Below, one piece after another: positions 20,692-31,256 of a DNA stretch of 64,000 bases (positions are counted from its first letter, which is position 1; the number at the start of each line of letters is the position of its first letter). This DNA is from Nitrosopumilaceae archaeon (GTDB lineage: Archaea > Thermoproteota > Nitrososphaeria > Nitrososphaerales > Nitrosopumilaceae). The stretch is taken from positions 1 to 64,000 of the forward strand of contig CBDATR010000043.1 of NCBI GenBank assembly GCA_965200155.1, read 5' to 3'. The notes under the pieces are model-generated. The model saw nothing but the letters and a program-made list of their open reading frames with translations. It did no database searches and was not told the origin of the DNA. Position numbers and translations under genes: made by a program.

Positions 20692-22118
20692 AAGAAGAGA
20701 TAGGCATCACCGAAACAAAGTCAGGTAATTTTTCAGAGTGGTACACGCAAGTAGTGATAAAGGCCCAGTTGGCCGATTACGCACCCGTAAAGGGGACCAT
20801 AGTCCTGCGACCGGATGGCTACTCCATATGGGAGTCACTCCAGTCCGCGCTAAACGAGCAGTTTGCCCGGGCAGGCATACGCAACGCCTTTCTACCCGTC
20901 CTGATACCCGAGTCCCTGCTGAACAAGGAGAAGAGCCACTTTCAGGGGTTCAACCCGGAAGTATTCTGGGTTACCCACTCCGGTGACAGTCACGTGGGCG
21001 ACCGGCTGGCATTGCGACCCACCTCCGAGACCATAGCCTACTCGTTGTACTCCAAGTGGATAAAATCCTGGCGAGACCTGCCACTTAAACTTAACTTTTG
21101 GAATACCGCCCTGCGCGCGGAGATAAAGGCAACCAAGCCCTTCCTGCGCAACTCCGAGTTCCTGTGGCAGGAGGGTCACACGGCGCATGCTACACGAGAG
21201 GAGGCAGTCAGCCAGGTATCACAGATGCTAAACATATACAGGCACGTAGTAGAGACATACCTTGCCATTCCCGTCGAGGAGGGGCAGAAGAGTCAGAGCG
21301 AGCAGTTTGTGGGTGCGGACTATACCCTCACCATAGAGGCCATAATGCCGGACGGCAAGGCTTTGCAGATGGGGACCAGTCATCTGCTGGGACAGAATTT
21401 CTCCCGCCCGTTCTCGGTAAAGTTTGCAGACAAGGACAACATAGAGCACTACGCGTGGCAGACATCCTGGGGCGTCTCCTGGAGGCTCATAGGTGCCATG
21501 ATAATGGTGCACAGCGATGACAGGGGACTGGTACTGCCACCCAAGGTGGCTCCGCGACAGGTAGTGATAGTGCCCATATACACATCCGGCAACGATAATG
21601 TAATGCAGGAAGCCCAGGCCCTGACCTATGCGCTGAGCAACCACGGGATACGGGTGCACCTGGATGACAGGGAGCAAATCACGCCGGGATTCAAGTTTCA
21701 TGACTGGGAGATGCGGGGCATACCCCTGCGCCTGGAGATAGGGCCCCGGGATGTACGGAACAAACAGGCCGTAATGGTACGCCGGGACAGCGGTGCCAAG
21801 GAGTCTATCCCGCTCAGCGAGGCAGCGGACAGGGTTGCAGCAACGCTGGATACCATGCAATCGGACATGTTAACGTCGGCGCGCAGGCGCGCCTCTGAAA
21901 TGACATTTGATGTGGATGGTTACGATTCTGTGGGTAGGCGTGTCCAGTCCGGCGGATTCATGCGGGCACACTGGTGTGGTGACAGTATGTGCGAGAAAGC
22001 CATAAAGGATGACACAGGCGCAGAGATACGGCTAAAGTATAATGATGATACGGGCAGTACATGTATACGGTGCGGGAAAGATGCCAATAATGCGGTTCTG
22101 CTAGCCAGGGGATACTAG
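20688..22118 (+). CDS. proS: Proline--tRNA ligase (archaeal/eukaryotic type)
   Basis: LRPTSET, FLRNSEFLWQEGHT, QMGTSHLLGQNFS, QTSWGVSWR, C-terminal Zn domain and ARGY. Confidence 0.97.
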   Translation: MKEEIGITETKSGNFSEWYTQVVIKAQLADYAPVKGTIVLRPDGYSIWESLQSALNEQFARAGIRNAFLPVLIPESLLNKEKSHFQGFNPEVFWVTHSGDSHVGDRLALRPTSETIAYSLYSKWIKSWRDLPLKLNFWNTALRAEIKATKPFLRNSEFLWQEGHTAHATREEAVSQVSQMLNIYRHVVETYLAIPVEEGQKSQSEQFVGADYTLTIEAIMPDGKALQMGTSHLLGQNFSRPFSVKFADKDNIEHYAWQTSWGVSWRLIGAMIMVHSDDRGLVLPPKVAPRQVVIVPIYTSGNDNVMQEAQALTYALSNHGIRVHLDDREQITPGFKFHDWEMRGIPLRLEIGPRDVRNKQAVMVRRDSGAKESIPLSEAADRVAATLDTMQSDMLTSARRRASEMTFDVDGYDSVGRRVQSGGFMRAHWCGDSMCEKAIKDDTGAEIRLKYNDDTGSTCIRCGKDANNAVLLARGY

Positions 22119-22149
22119 GGATATATTAAGCGGCATAGCAACGCAGTCA

Positions 22150-22617
22150 TTGGCAATAACCTGGACAGGTGGTTTTCCACGCATTGCGTGGGCGCAGGAG
22201 AAAAAGCGCCTTGTCATATCTGCCATATTCGAGAACAGGGAGGCAGCTGAGGCACTGGCGCAACACGTGAACCGATGGAATGACCGCTTCGTCAAGCTAA
22301 TAATAATAGAGGATGCAAATGAGTATGCTGTGTGCTGCTACCAGGATCCCACAGCCCTCGGAGAGGAGAATACGGGCGTCTACAGACCGGGTCTGCCTAG
22401 AATAAGCGGCTATGATCAAGTGAAAGTGCTCTTTAAAACCCGGACACCCATGTTTCAGGTGGCCTATGCATCAGACTATACCAGAATGGAGACGTACCAG
22501 CAGATATCACGATTGGTGTCACCCGCGCGTTCACGCATAATACCGGCCACTCATTTAAGGCGCCAAGAATTCTATTACGAGAGGGATGCTATATCCGCGT
22601 ATGAATCAGCAGAGTAA
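22150..22617 (+). CDS. Hypothetical protein
   Basis: 155-aa ORF co-oriented with proS; start codon uncertain. Confidence 0.6.
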   Translation: MAITWTGGFPRIAWAQEKKRLVISAIFENREAAEALAQHVNRWNDRFVKLIIIEDANEYAVCCYQDPTALGEENTGVYRPGLPRISGYDQVKVLFKTRTPMFQVAYASDYTRMETYQQISRLVSPARSRIIPATHLRRQEFYYERDAISAYESAE

Positions 22618-22770
22618 TGATTTTGTAGAAACCTCGTATCAAAACCAAATGTAACGCACTATAGTAGTGATTTTGTCATACCGGCACAGAATTATATAAT
22701 TTCACATCCCCCGCCACTTTGCGGCAGAATAGTGTTCTCAAGTACACGTACAAGAGCAGATATACGTCAT

Positions 22771-23713
22771 TCAATAGTACGAAAAGTAAGTCCGCTTAGG
22801 ATCCGGCGTACAGTAGCTGACTATTTCATTGCACAAGCCAGATGGTAAAGAGAATAACAGAGGAATCAAGACAAAAGAGGCGTTGCCGCAACCAACATAT
22901 CTCAAGACCTGAGACAAGACACGTACGAAGATTGTGAACCAGAGAATGGGAACGACTCAAGATGGGCAGGCCCATGATACCAATCACCGCCACCCAGATA
23001 CGAATGGTGACTGAAGCATACAGGAAGGATCCCGCCAGGGTAGCACGTATTGCAAAGAGGTTTAGACAGAATTACAATATATCGCGCAGTATATCGCATA
23101 ATGAAAAAGAACGGTACGGCAGGCTCATCACCTGCAAAGTCAAGGAGACGAAAGTGAATACAATATGAGCGTAAATATTCCAATGCAATGTGGCACTGGC
23201 ATGTCATGAAAAGATGAGCGCTTCGAGGGACTGAATCTCATAGATGATGCATCCAGGTGTATAGTCGGAGCGGCACTATTTGAGCATGCAACCTCAGAGA
23301 ACACCACTCTATTACTGAGACTGGCAATGAAACGATTCGGCGCCCCTGCATCTCGGATAACGGCGCGTGTTTCGTAGTACAATAAAAAGGCAAGAAAAGC
23401 TGGAAGCCCACACTATTCTAGGAAGAACTGCTGGATCAAGACATCATACTAATCAATTCCAGGCCATACCACCCGCAGACAAATGGCAAACTGGAGCGCT
23501 TCCATGGAATGATTGAGGAGAGGATATGGCATTATGACAGTCTCCGGGATTATGTGGACTACTACAATGAGAGAAGATTGCACTTCTCACTGGATAGATA
23601 ACGCCGAAACACCACTCCAGGAATAAAAAGGCGACCCAGATAATTATAGCAAATGATGCAAAATGGATGGAGCGAGATACCAAGACTAGCGGACCGACTT
23701 TTCATACATTACA
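22771..23713 (+). mobile_element. IS481-family element copy 4 (defective)
   Basis: Both TIRs present; no TSD. Confidence 0.88.
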
Positions 23714-23721
23714 CAACAAAC

Positions 23722-23820
23722 GTGTGAGTTCACCTGTGTCTAAATTTACGCATAACTGATCGCGACAGTTAAAGAACCGGTTCTTTTGTGCATAAGATTC
23801 CGGAAGACGTGAACTCATAC
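23722..23820. mobile_element. MITE-A copy (99 bp)
   Basis: TSD caacaaac. Confidence 0.92.
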
Positions 23821-23873
23821 CAACAAACTATCCATCGCATAACTTTTTAAAGAAACCAACACCACTACACACT

Positions 23874-24092
23874 ATGAGCGATGATACCATATATGACAGA
23901 GTCTCAACACTAGAGGATAAAATTGCAATCATAGAGAAGCACATAGACACTGACCAGCACGATGTGGCCATATTTCGGGAGCTTGGGGATAAAATTGCAA
24001 TCATAGAGAAGCACATAGACACCCTAATGGACATACACAAGAACCAACTCGCAAAACGTGAAGTTAGGCGAGTCAAGGATGGCAGTTACTAG
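23874..24092 (+). CDS. Small coiled-coil protein with an internal duplication
   Basis: DKIAIIEKHIDT occurs twice; TTTTTAAA box upstream. Confidence 0.5.
   Translation: MSDDTIYDRVSTLEDKIAIIEKHIDTDQHDVAIFRELGDKIAIIEKHIDTLMDIHKNQLAKREVRRVKDGSY
23915..24022. repeat. 36-bp perfect direct repeat flanking a 36-bp insert
   Basis: ggataaaattgcaatcatagagaagcacatagacac at 23915-23950 and 23987-24022. Confidence 0.9.
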
Positions 24093-24294
24093 TGTTGTGT
24101 TTTTGCATACACTGTTGGTTTGCCCGTATGTAGATCTCGCGTATAACCCTTTGTGTGACATATAATTATTCCCGTATACAATTTGTATACGCATACACGT
24201 CCCTCAATCATGAGTTGCAAGGAACCAATAGTCACTATTTATCGTGTGTGAATACGTTAACTTGCACAGTCCGTTTCTGTTTGCAGACAGTCTT

Positions 24295-25479
24295 TTAGAC
24301 GCGCCTGACATACGTATCCGGTTTTAGAAGTTCCGCAGTGGTAGGTGGCATCTCCAGTATTGTGCCAAAGGCGCTCCTGCCCAACTTTTCAACTACATAA
24401 GATACAAAGTCAGAACCCATATCTTTGCGGATGTGGTACGCGTCGCTGTTACCGTATGAGCCCAGATATGACACAAACTCTGGATCATTGCCCAGTATCT
24501 CCTTTATGGCATATTTTGCCATGCCTTCCATTACAGAGAATGCTGCATGATGTTGTTGTATTGGTGAGAGCCATTCCTTGTATATGCTTGCCAGTTCAGG
24601 CAGGTACCCGGCAATCTTTGGATCCACCTCCACATGTGTATACGTCATTACGCCAGGTCCTATCTGCTCTGTCAGAAAGTGGTCTGGATTCAAAAAGAAG
24701 AATAGATTGGCTCTCCGCGCAAAGGGAAATTCGTTGGGAACTGCCTGTAGTTGTAGGTACTCGGAGAGGTTCCTTACTGCGCCCTCATCCATATCCAGTA
24801 TCAGCCGGGCGAGCCCCTCGTTTACCTTGTTGACACGCATAACCGCATCCCTGTTGGACATGTACAAAGACTCCTGCATGGAATGTATGGACTCCTCCAA
24901 AAGGGTCATCTTGATGGCCCCCCGGTACCCCTCCTGTACCCGGGGACGGTTGGCCCAGTATGGTTTGCCCATCTTGTATAATATTATACTTGGATATCTG
25001 GACAGGATAAACTTGTTAACAAATATGGTATCATCCAGATAGTCACCATAGGTGGTGGTTATCTTTGAGATATACTGGATGGCATATGTAGAGTATACCA
25101 GATACTTGGCGGGGTTACTCTCTATACAATCTACGACAGGACCCATATCCCCGGTGGCTACTGCCCCAAATAGATTATCTACAAATTCTCTCGAGTCAGG
25201 ATTACAAAAGACCTTCCGGCCTTTCAGCCGCTTAAGCTCTTTGAGTTCAGGATACACGATTTGAACGCGACCCTTATGATTCAGCCCCAAGAACTGAGAG
25301 GCCTGGGCAGACATAGACTGGTGTATATCAGGACAGAGTGACTCCAGAGACTCAAAATCCGTATCAATCTCTGCATCCTCGTATATGGTCGTGGACAAGG
25401 AGAGTATCTCCCGCTCCTCGGAGAGCTCCACATCCAGCTGACCGAATAGCGCTTGGGCGAACTCCTCAAACTCCGTCAT
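24295..25479 (-). CDS. Hypothetical protein, possible zincin-like fold
   Basis: 394-aa ORF; LLEESIHSMQE and SVMEGMA resemble a degenerate HExxH...E arrangement. Confidence 0.75.
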   Translation of the reverse strand: MTEFEEFAQALFGQLDVELSEEREILSLSTTIYEDAEIDTDFESLESLCPDIHQSMSAQASQFLGLNHKGRVQIVYPELKELKRLKGRKVFCNPDSREFVDNLFGAVATGDMGPVVDCIESNPAKYLVYSTYAIQYISKITTTYGDYLDDTIFVNKFILSRYPSIILYKMGKPYWANRPRVQEGYRGAIKMTLLEESIHSMQESLYMSNRDAVMRVNKVNEGLARLILDMDEGAVRNLSEYLQLQAVPNEFPFARRANLFFFLNPDHFLTEQIGPGVMTYTHVEVDPKIAGYLPELASIYKEWLSPIQQHHAAFSVMEGMAKYAIKEILGNDPEFVSYLGSYGNSDAYHIRKDMGSDFVSYVVEKLGRSAFGTILEMPPTTAELLKPDTYVRRV

Positions 25480-25790
25480 GCAAATAGTGACATATTTGAC
25501 ATTTATTGATGTTTGGTAAGAAGAGTTTGTTTCATAATCAAATTAGGTACAAAAAGTCCACCGCTGAAAGAAACAGTTTGTGTATTTTCTTAAATTCGGG
25601 TAGATGGGACAACAGAAGACTGACCAGTTTCAAAATACGTTCATCTATTGCAACTGTCATAAGTCTCCGGGCACACATGCAATCTCCGTCTTGTATGCTG
25701 CAGATCCGGGAGGTATTTATCACATGGCTCCACGGAGTTCTCCGTAAGAATATAGTTCAAAAAGAAGTCAGGATAAAAAACGTTATTAGC

Positions 25791-26230
25791 TTATGGGTAT
25801 TGTATTACGATATCCGTGGGATGGGCTCTTAGCCAACCATCCACAGTTACAGTGGCGACAAACGCGTCTCCTCTGCTATGTAGCATCAGCCCGGCGCCTG
25901 CATACTCCAAAGTACCAGCGCTATTTTCATTGTAAATAATGGTCCACCCATATACTGTCTGGTCGTCTAGACGCCACACAGGTTGTCCCCTGGCATCATC
26001 AGGCTCCATCTCGTGTAGTATGGCAATTTGGATAGGTGCGCTAGCTGTATACCATCATGTATAGCATCCTCAACTGGGGAATGTATCATTACAATCTGGT
26101 GAGTCTCATGACCCTCACCAGGTGAGAGTAAGGAATCAGCAGTATGGGTGAAATGGTACTTTTCGTTTACACCAGCAACAACACTCTGCTCCGGCAAGGT
26201 AGCAATCCTGCTGACAAGACAGCGGCACAA
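25791..26230 (-). pseudogene. Fragmented hypothetical (surface-protein-like) ORF
   Basis: Two overlapping frames (25967-26230, 25791-26009) with beta-rich composition. Confidence 0.35.
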
Positions 26231-26319
26231 ACTAGTAATACTTTTTCTTATATTCTAATGTTTCTCATTATATTTATAAACTTTTGATAGTTTAACTTTA
26301 TTTCCGCGTACTAATGTCA

Positions 26320-26710
26320 CACCAACTAGTTGCAAAATGCTTAGCAAAGTCCAAGTATGAGTTCACGTCTTCCGGAATCTTGTGCACAAAAGAACCGGTT
26401 CTTTAACTGTCGCAATCAGTTGTGCGTAAATTTAGACACAGGTGAACTCATACAAGTCCAAAGGCGACTAACAGCGAATCAGGAAAAACATGATCAAGCG
26501 CCTGGATGAAAAAAGCCCTCCAATACATCATTATAGTGCAGGAAGGAAAAGCGCACCCCGAACATATCCCGGGAAGTTAACGTCTTGCAAAGATGCACCC
26601 AGCGCATATACGCCGAATTCCAAAGGACATCTAAGTATACTGTTCCTGGACGAGCTGGCCCTCCCACTACGGAACTCAAACCGGCTGAGATACGGCTAAC
26701 TCTGAGTACT
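26320..26710 (+). mobile_element. 5' fragment of a second IS481-like family
   Basis: Homologous to ~51470-51870 (atatacgccgaattcc...); truncated at a TA by the tnpB element. Confidence 0.65.
26355..26453. mobile_element. MITE-A copy (99 bp)
   Basis: TSD aagtccaa. Confidence 0.92.
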
Positions 26711-27590
26711 TATAGCGGTCACCATAAGTCTTTGAGAACATGGCACATCGTTCCTGGACAGTACCTGGCTTTGGCTTATCACCAGTATGAGTTCACGTCT
26801 TCCGGAATCTTGTGCACAAAAGAACCGGTTCTTTAACTGTCGCGATCAGTTGTGGTATGAGTTCACATGTTTTGATCATATAATAGACCGTATGCGCAGA
26901 ATCACTTCTCCCACCCTGCACATCTAAACCAAGTTTTTAGATACGAACAATTGACCTAGCATCATGGGTTCTCCCACACAGACTCTTGTGAAACAGAAAA
27001 GTTAAGACCTAATTTTGTAGTACCAGGTATGCTAAAAGTAGAAGAACTCACCAAAGGAGCAGTTAATAGCAGAGTACAACCGGCTACACACCGAGGCCGA
27101 AGTAACAAACCTGCGTGGCAAACTTGAAGCTCAAACAAAGAACACATTCATTTCAAATCTTGATGACATCATAGAACGCAAGTATCGTATGAGTTCACCT
27201 GTGTCTAAATTTACGCACAACTGATCGCGACAGTTAAAGAACCGATTCTTTTGTGCACAAGATTCCGGAAGACGTGAACTCATACTATCACCATTATTCC
27301 CGCCCTGACGCCTCCGGTTGGGCGGGAAATGGTTCCCCGCCCCCGGACGACACGCTCTACCGCTCCATACAGGGAAACCGGTTACTGGACGCCGCGTTGA
27401 TATCGGCGTGAAATTCCTGGTTACATATTGAATGTGTCACTAGTTGATCGTGATTTGTTGTCAATGTGTCCACACATGTGACAGGTCTGGCTTGTTGGGC
27501 TGGTAAACCGCCCACTTGTGTATTTCGCTCGCACAGATGCCAATTCAATCCCCAGTGCCTCGCACTTTTGTACTACTTTCCGGTGGAATT
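26711..27590 (-). pseudogene. tnpB: Second TnpB remnant with the same IS630-type terminus, interrupted by a MITE-A composite
   Basis: EALGIELASVRAKYTS, CHMCG, HADINAA; terminal TATAGCGGTCACCATAAGTC. Confidence 0.85.
26785..27285. mobile_element. Composite unit: partial MITE-A (26785-26854), ~330 bp cargo, MITE-A (27187-27285)
   Basis: A single 8-bp TSD tatcacca flanks the whole unit; the two MITEs are inverted relative to each other. Confidence 0.82.
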
Positions 27591-27841
27591 CCCCATCATA
27601 GATGATGCAAGGCATAACTCAAAACAAAATGAACCAATACTTGCCCAGAAAGGCATGGGCAGACTGCAAGAACAACCACCAGTTTAACCATATTGTGTTT
27701 GTGAAACATGCGCGCGTCGCAACCTGATCGGATCCTGGCCCCGGAGAATATACAAAAGTATCATACACAAAATCCATTACTGTGGATTTCCTATTTACAT
27801 AATCTCCATTCGACAATGATTCATGAAAATTGCCAAGATAG

Positions 27842-27948
27842 TGCCGGGGGCGGGTTTCGAACCCGCGACCTCCAGATTATGAGTCTTGCCTATGGAGGAG
27901 GGGTTAACGCCCCAAGCTGGCACTCTAACCAGGCTGAGCTACCCCGGC
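27842..27948 (-). tRNA. tRNA-Met(CAU), probably elongator, with a 32-nt non-canonical intron (~27885-27916)
   Basis: GCCGGGG acceptor stem, D arm GCTC/GAGT, T arm GCGGG-TTCGAAA-CCCGC; anticodon arm CCAGA-CTCATAA-TCTGG forms only after removing 32 nt from the 5' strand. Confidence 0.9.
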
Positions 27949-28007
27949 ACTGTAGTGGTCCACATTCATGGGGAAATTAACTCTTGTGAATTGCATACCC
28001 GATACGA

Positions 28008-29666
28008 TCAGGCGCCAGCCTTTATGGCATCCCAGGATACGCTCTCATCACGGACCCAGAGAAACTTTTTCTGCAAGGTAGCCGTGTATAGTTTCTCCCA
28101 GGCCACATCTATCTCGTCTGCCCATGCCTTGAATACACGGGGGTCTATGTAATTGCGCAGTGATGTACCAAGATTATAATCACGTGTGTTCTCTACCAGC
28201 TTTATCTGGAGCGAAAGCTTTTCAACACGCTCGCGGTGTCTCTGTTTTCTCTGCCTTATCTGGGAGCGCAGCTTCCTCATGCGTTTTTGGCGTGTGGCTT
28301 TCTGCTTGTCGGTCTTGGGCGTGGATTCCCTGACCTTCACCAGCGTCTCCTCGGCCTTTGACCAGGGGTTCTGCGATTTAACTTTCTTTAGGTTATCCTT
28401 CCTTTTGCGGAGGGATTCCCGAAAGGTCTTTGGTATGGCCCTCTTGTGGTTGCACCGTATGGCAGCCTTGAGGTTGGCAGTCTTTGCGTGGTATATCTTC
28501 ATACTGGGCGATTCAGACTCTATATTGTCATTCTGCATTAAATATTGGGTTACTTCCTTGGTTGCTAGATAAGTCCTAAAGACCTTGGCGCTCACCCCGC
28601 TTATTATGCCAGAGAGGTACTTGTTGACATCCTGGGATTTTATACCCTCAAATATCTCATCATCATTATCCTTCTCTTTTATCATCTCTATCATGTTGTC
28701 CCGAAACTGTATCTCTTCGGGAGATATAGTCAAGGTCTGCCGCCACCGTACGCTGTCCTTTCCCAGAAAATTCAGGTGTATGGAATCATCAGTAATACTT
28801 AGGTGCTCTTTTCTAAGGGTTGTGGCACCCACCGTATCGGCCTCTTCCTCGTCTTTTTCATCACCTACCCTCATGGCTGTACGATATATCAGATAGCACA
28901 CGGTGGATATGCTGGCCTTTTCCTTGTTGGCCATATCCCTCATTAGAGTCTCCTTAACCAATCCTATCTTCTGGGCCAGTATGATGGCCTTCTCGTACTT
29001 TGCCTTGTCCATATCCTGTCGCAAATATGAGGTGTCCGCTAACATCACATACTTTGTCTTGTTTGTAAGCTTGTCCGTCCACTTTGCCACCCATACGCTG
29101 TCATGCTCGTGTACAACAGCCCACTTTCCCGGCGGTTTCTTCACACCCTCACCCAGGTTTAGGGTGATATCTTTTACCATAACGCGGGGCTTCCACCGGC
29201 CCCGCAGGGGATGGTTTCCCCTCCCGATGAATATACCCGGCGGCTCTGCCATATAGTTGGCCAACTCCACCTTTTGGCCATCCAGTATCGCATAACCATA
29301 CTGTTCCTTGAGGTCATTCCTGGTCTCCTTGCGCTGCGCTGCCAGTCGCTTTCTGTCCTCTTTTGTAAGCAATAACTTGGCCTCTTTTTCCCGTTCCACA
29401 ATCTCGTATGCATGGGTAAAATCCAAGTCCTTATACCGCAGCTTTCTTTTCTTGCCAAAGGTGACAGTAAAGTCTGCTGTAAAGTTCTTCTGGAACGTTG
29501 TATCCTGTACATAGGGGGTATCCTTCTTTTTTGCCCACAGGTATACCATCTCCTCCTGTATGGGAGTCAGGGATACGTCCTTGCCCTTTATACGAAATTT
29601 TATTCCCTGTACCTTGTATTCCGGAGGCAGCAGTATGCCGTTGTGTCGGAGCGTCTTCCACTTCAT
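28008..29666 (-). CDS. top1: DNA topoisomerase IB (eukaryote-like)
   Basis: KWKTLRHNG, EPPGIFIGRGNHP, MRVGDEKD, ADTVG, FLGKDS, AKVFRTY, CNH, LGTSLRNYIDPR (catalytic Tyr). Confidence 0.96.
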   Translation of the reverse strand: MKWKTLRHNGILLPPEYKVQGIKFRIKGKDVSLTPIQEEMVYLWAKKKDTPYVQDTTFQKNFTADFTVTFGKKRKLRYKDLDFTHAYEIVEREKEAKLLLTKEDRKRLAAQRKETRNDLKEQYGYAILDGQKVELANYMAEPPGIFIGRGNHPLRGRWKPRVMVKDITLNLGEGVKKPPGKWAVVHEHDSVWVAKWTDKLTNKTKYVMLADTSYLRQDMDKAKYEKAIILAQKIGLVKETLMRDMANKEKASISTVCYLIYRTAMRVGDEKDEEEADTVGATTLRKEHLSITDDSIHLNFLGKDSVRWRQTLTISPEEIQFRDNMIEMIKEKDNDDEIFEGIKSQDVNKYLSGIISGVSAKVFRTYLATKEVTQYLMQNDNIESESPSMKIYHAKTANLKAAIRCNHKRAIPKTFRESLRKRKDNLKKVKSQNPWSKAEETLVKVRESTPKTDKQKATRQKRMRKLRSQIRQRKQRHRERVEKLSLQIKLVENTRDYNLGTSLRNYIDPRVFKAWADEIDVAWEKLYTATLQKKFLWVRDESVSWDAIKAGA

Positions 29667-29673
29667 GACGTAT

Positions 29674-30492
29674 TCATTGTGGGAACATCTCCTGCTTCAT
29701 GAAAGACTCAAACTCGATATCGGACCTGGAGCCCTTGGCCTCTATGAACATCTGCGCATCGGCACCGGCAACGTATCTTGGTAGTATGGGCGAGTCTTGA
29801 AGCGCCCGCACCACTACGTCCGCGACCTTCTGCGGCTCGGTACCCATCTTGACCATCATTTGCAATCCAGAGACGATATGATTGAACATCTTCTTGTATT
29901 CCTCTACCTTGGGCTCGACCGCTCTCATGGAATCAAGGAAGGATGTCTTTACCACACCGGGCTCTATTATGGTAGTCTGTATGCCAAATGGATCAAGCTC
30001 ATACCTCATGGACTCGGTAAGTCCTTCCAAGGCGAATTTGGAGCTGATATACGCGGGCGAGAAGGGCAGGCCCATGCGTCCTGCCACAGAACCCACATTT
30101 ACAATGACGCCGGACCTTTGCTGCCTCATAACAGGCAATACCTCCTGTATTGTACGCACCACTCCAAAGAGGTTGGTCTCGAATTGGGCACGAAAGTCAG
30201 CCATGGGCGTCTCCTCAAGGGAGCCAAACTGCCCATACCCGGCGTTGTTTACTAGCACGTCGATATGACCGGTATCATTAGTTACATCCGATATTACATC
30301 AATGATGGACTGTTGGTCATTTACGTCAAGTCTTGATACACGTATGTCAATATCACCGGCAGCCTCACGTAGCGGCTGGGCGCGGGTGACATCCCGCATG
30401 GTTGCAGTGACATTATATCCGGCCCGAGCCAAGGCTACAGCCGTATGCAATCCTATTCCCGACGAGCAACCGGTTATAATGGCAGTCCTCAT
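29674..30492 (-). CDS. Short-chain dehydrogenase/reductase
   Basis: TGCSSGIG, NNAG, YISSK. Confidence 0.92.
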   Translation of the reverse strand: MRTAIITGCSSGIGLHTAVALARAGYNVTATMRDVTRAQPLREAAGDIDIRVSRLDVNDQQSIIDVISDVTNDTGHIDVLVNNAGYGQFGSLEETPMADFRAQFETNLFGVVRTIQEVLPVMRQQRSGVIVNVGSVAGRMGLPFSPAYISSKFALEGLTESMRYELDPFGIQTTIIEPGVVKTSFLDSMRAVEPKVEEYKKMFNHIVSGLQMMVKMGTEPQKVADVVVRALQDSPILPRYVAGADAQMFIEAKGSRSDIEFESFMKQEMFPQ

Positions 30493-30548
30493 TGATACGT
30501 TGTTCTTGGGTGACCATATATTATTTGATCGTATTTGCCCAGTGTAGC

Positions 30549-30682
30549 GTAACCGTTCAGGTCACCTACGGACAACTATCCAAAATACACGGCCAACATG
30601 CCTGTTCTTGCTTTTTCTATCTTGCATATGCCCATGAATTTACCGTCTAGGTGTTGATCTTTAACGCTACCTAAATGGTTAC
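30549..30682. mobile_element. MITE-B copy
   Basis: GTAACCGTTCAGG...CCTAAATGGTTAC; 9-bp direct flank cagtgtagc. Confidence 0.8.
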
Positions 30683-30700
30683 CAGTGTAGCTGTTTAGGC

Positions 30701-30799
30701 GTATGAGTTCACCTGTGTCTAAATTTACGCACAACTGATCGCGACAGTTAAAGAACCGGTCCTTTTGTGCACAAGATTCCGGAAGACGTGAACTCATAC
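30701..30799. mobile_element. MITE-A copy (99 bp)
   Basis: TSD gtttaggc, inside a degenerate IS66-type TIR. Confidence 0.92.
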
Positions 30800-30842
30800 G
30801 TTTAGGCTGCCTCCGATGAAAGGACGTTCAAGGTAGAAAATA

Positions 30843-30963
30843 GTTCAAGTTTACGTCTTCCTCCATCCCGTACTCAAATTATACTGATCGCCACGAACCG
30901 TAGTGATGAACTCATACAAATTGTTCCCATGGGTGCAAGATTGAGGAAGACACGAACCCATAC
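30843..30963. repeat. Degenerate MITE-A-related element
   Basis: gttcaagtttacgtcttcc ... ggaagacacgaacccatac ends; internal tgaactcatac. Confidence 0.5.
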
Positions 30964-31005
30964 AGGAGGCAGGTGTGAGCGTACGGTATTTGTGGCACCG
31001 GTCTT

Positions 31006-31104
31006 GTATGAGTTTACGTCTTCCGGAATCTTATGCACAAAAGAACCGGTTCTTTAACTGTCGCGATCAGTTATGCGTAAATTTAGACACAGGTGAACTC
31101 ACAC
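31006..31104. mobile_element. MITE-A copy (99 bp)
   Basis: TSD ccggtctt. Confidence 0.92.
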
Positions 31105-31256
31105 CCGGTCTTTGCCTATCACGGAGTGATCGGTTTCCCATTCTCCCTCGGTTCCGGCACATGACGCGTAGGAAATATAGTTAGTAGGGATTCACGCAGG
31201 GATCCTGCCAGGACTGCGACAATCTCTAAAAATGGCAACCCCCCAAGTGTAATTCA

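Noticed and set aside
18723-24022. Calling the two repeat-insert-repeat units bona fide CRISPR arrays
   Set aside because: Only two repeats each, unrelated to one another, derived from coding sequence, with no leader or cas genes; reported only as possible acquisition scars
27600-27948. tRNA-Met as an integration site for an island
   Set aside because: No duplicated tRNA 3' end or integrase seen in the window
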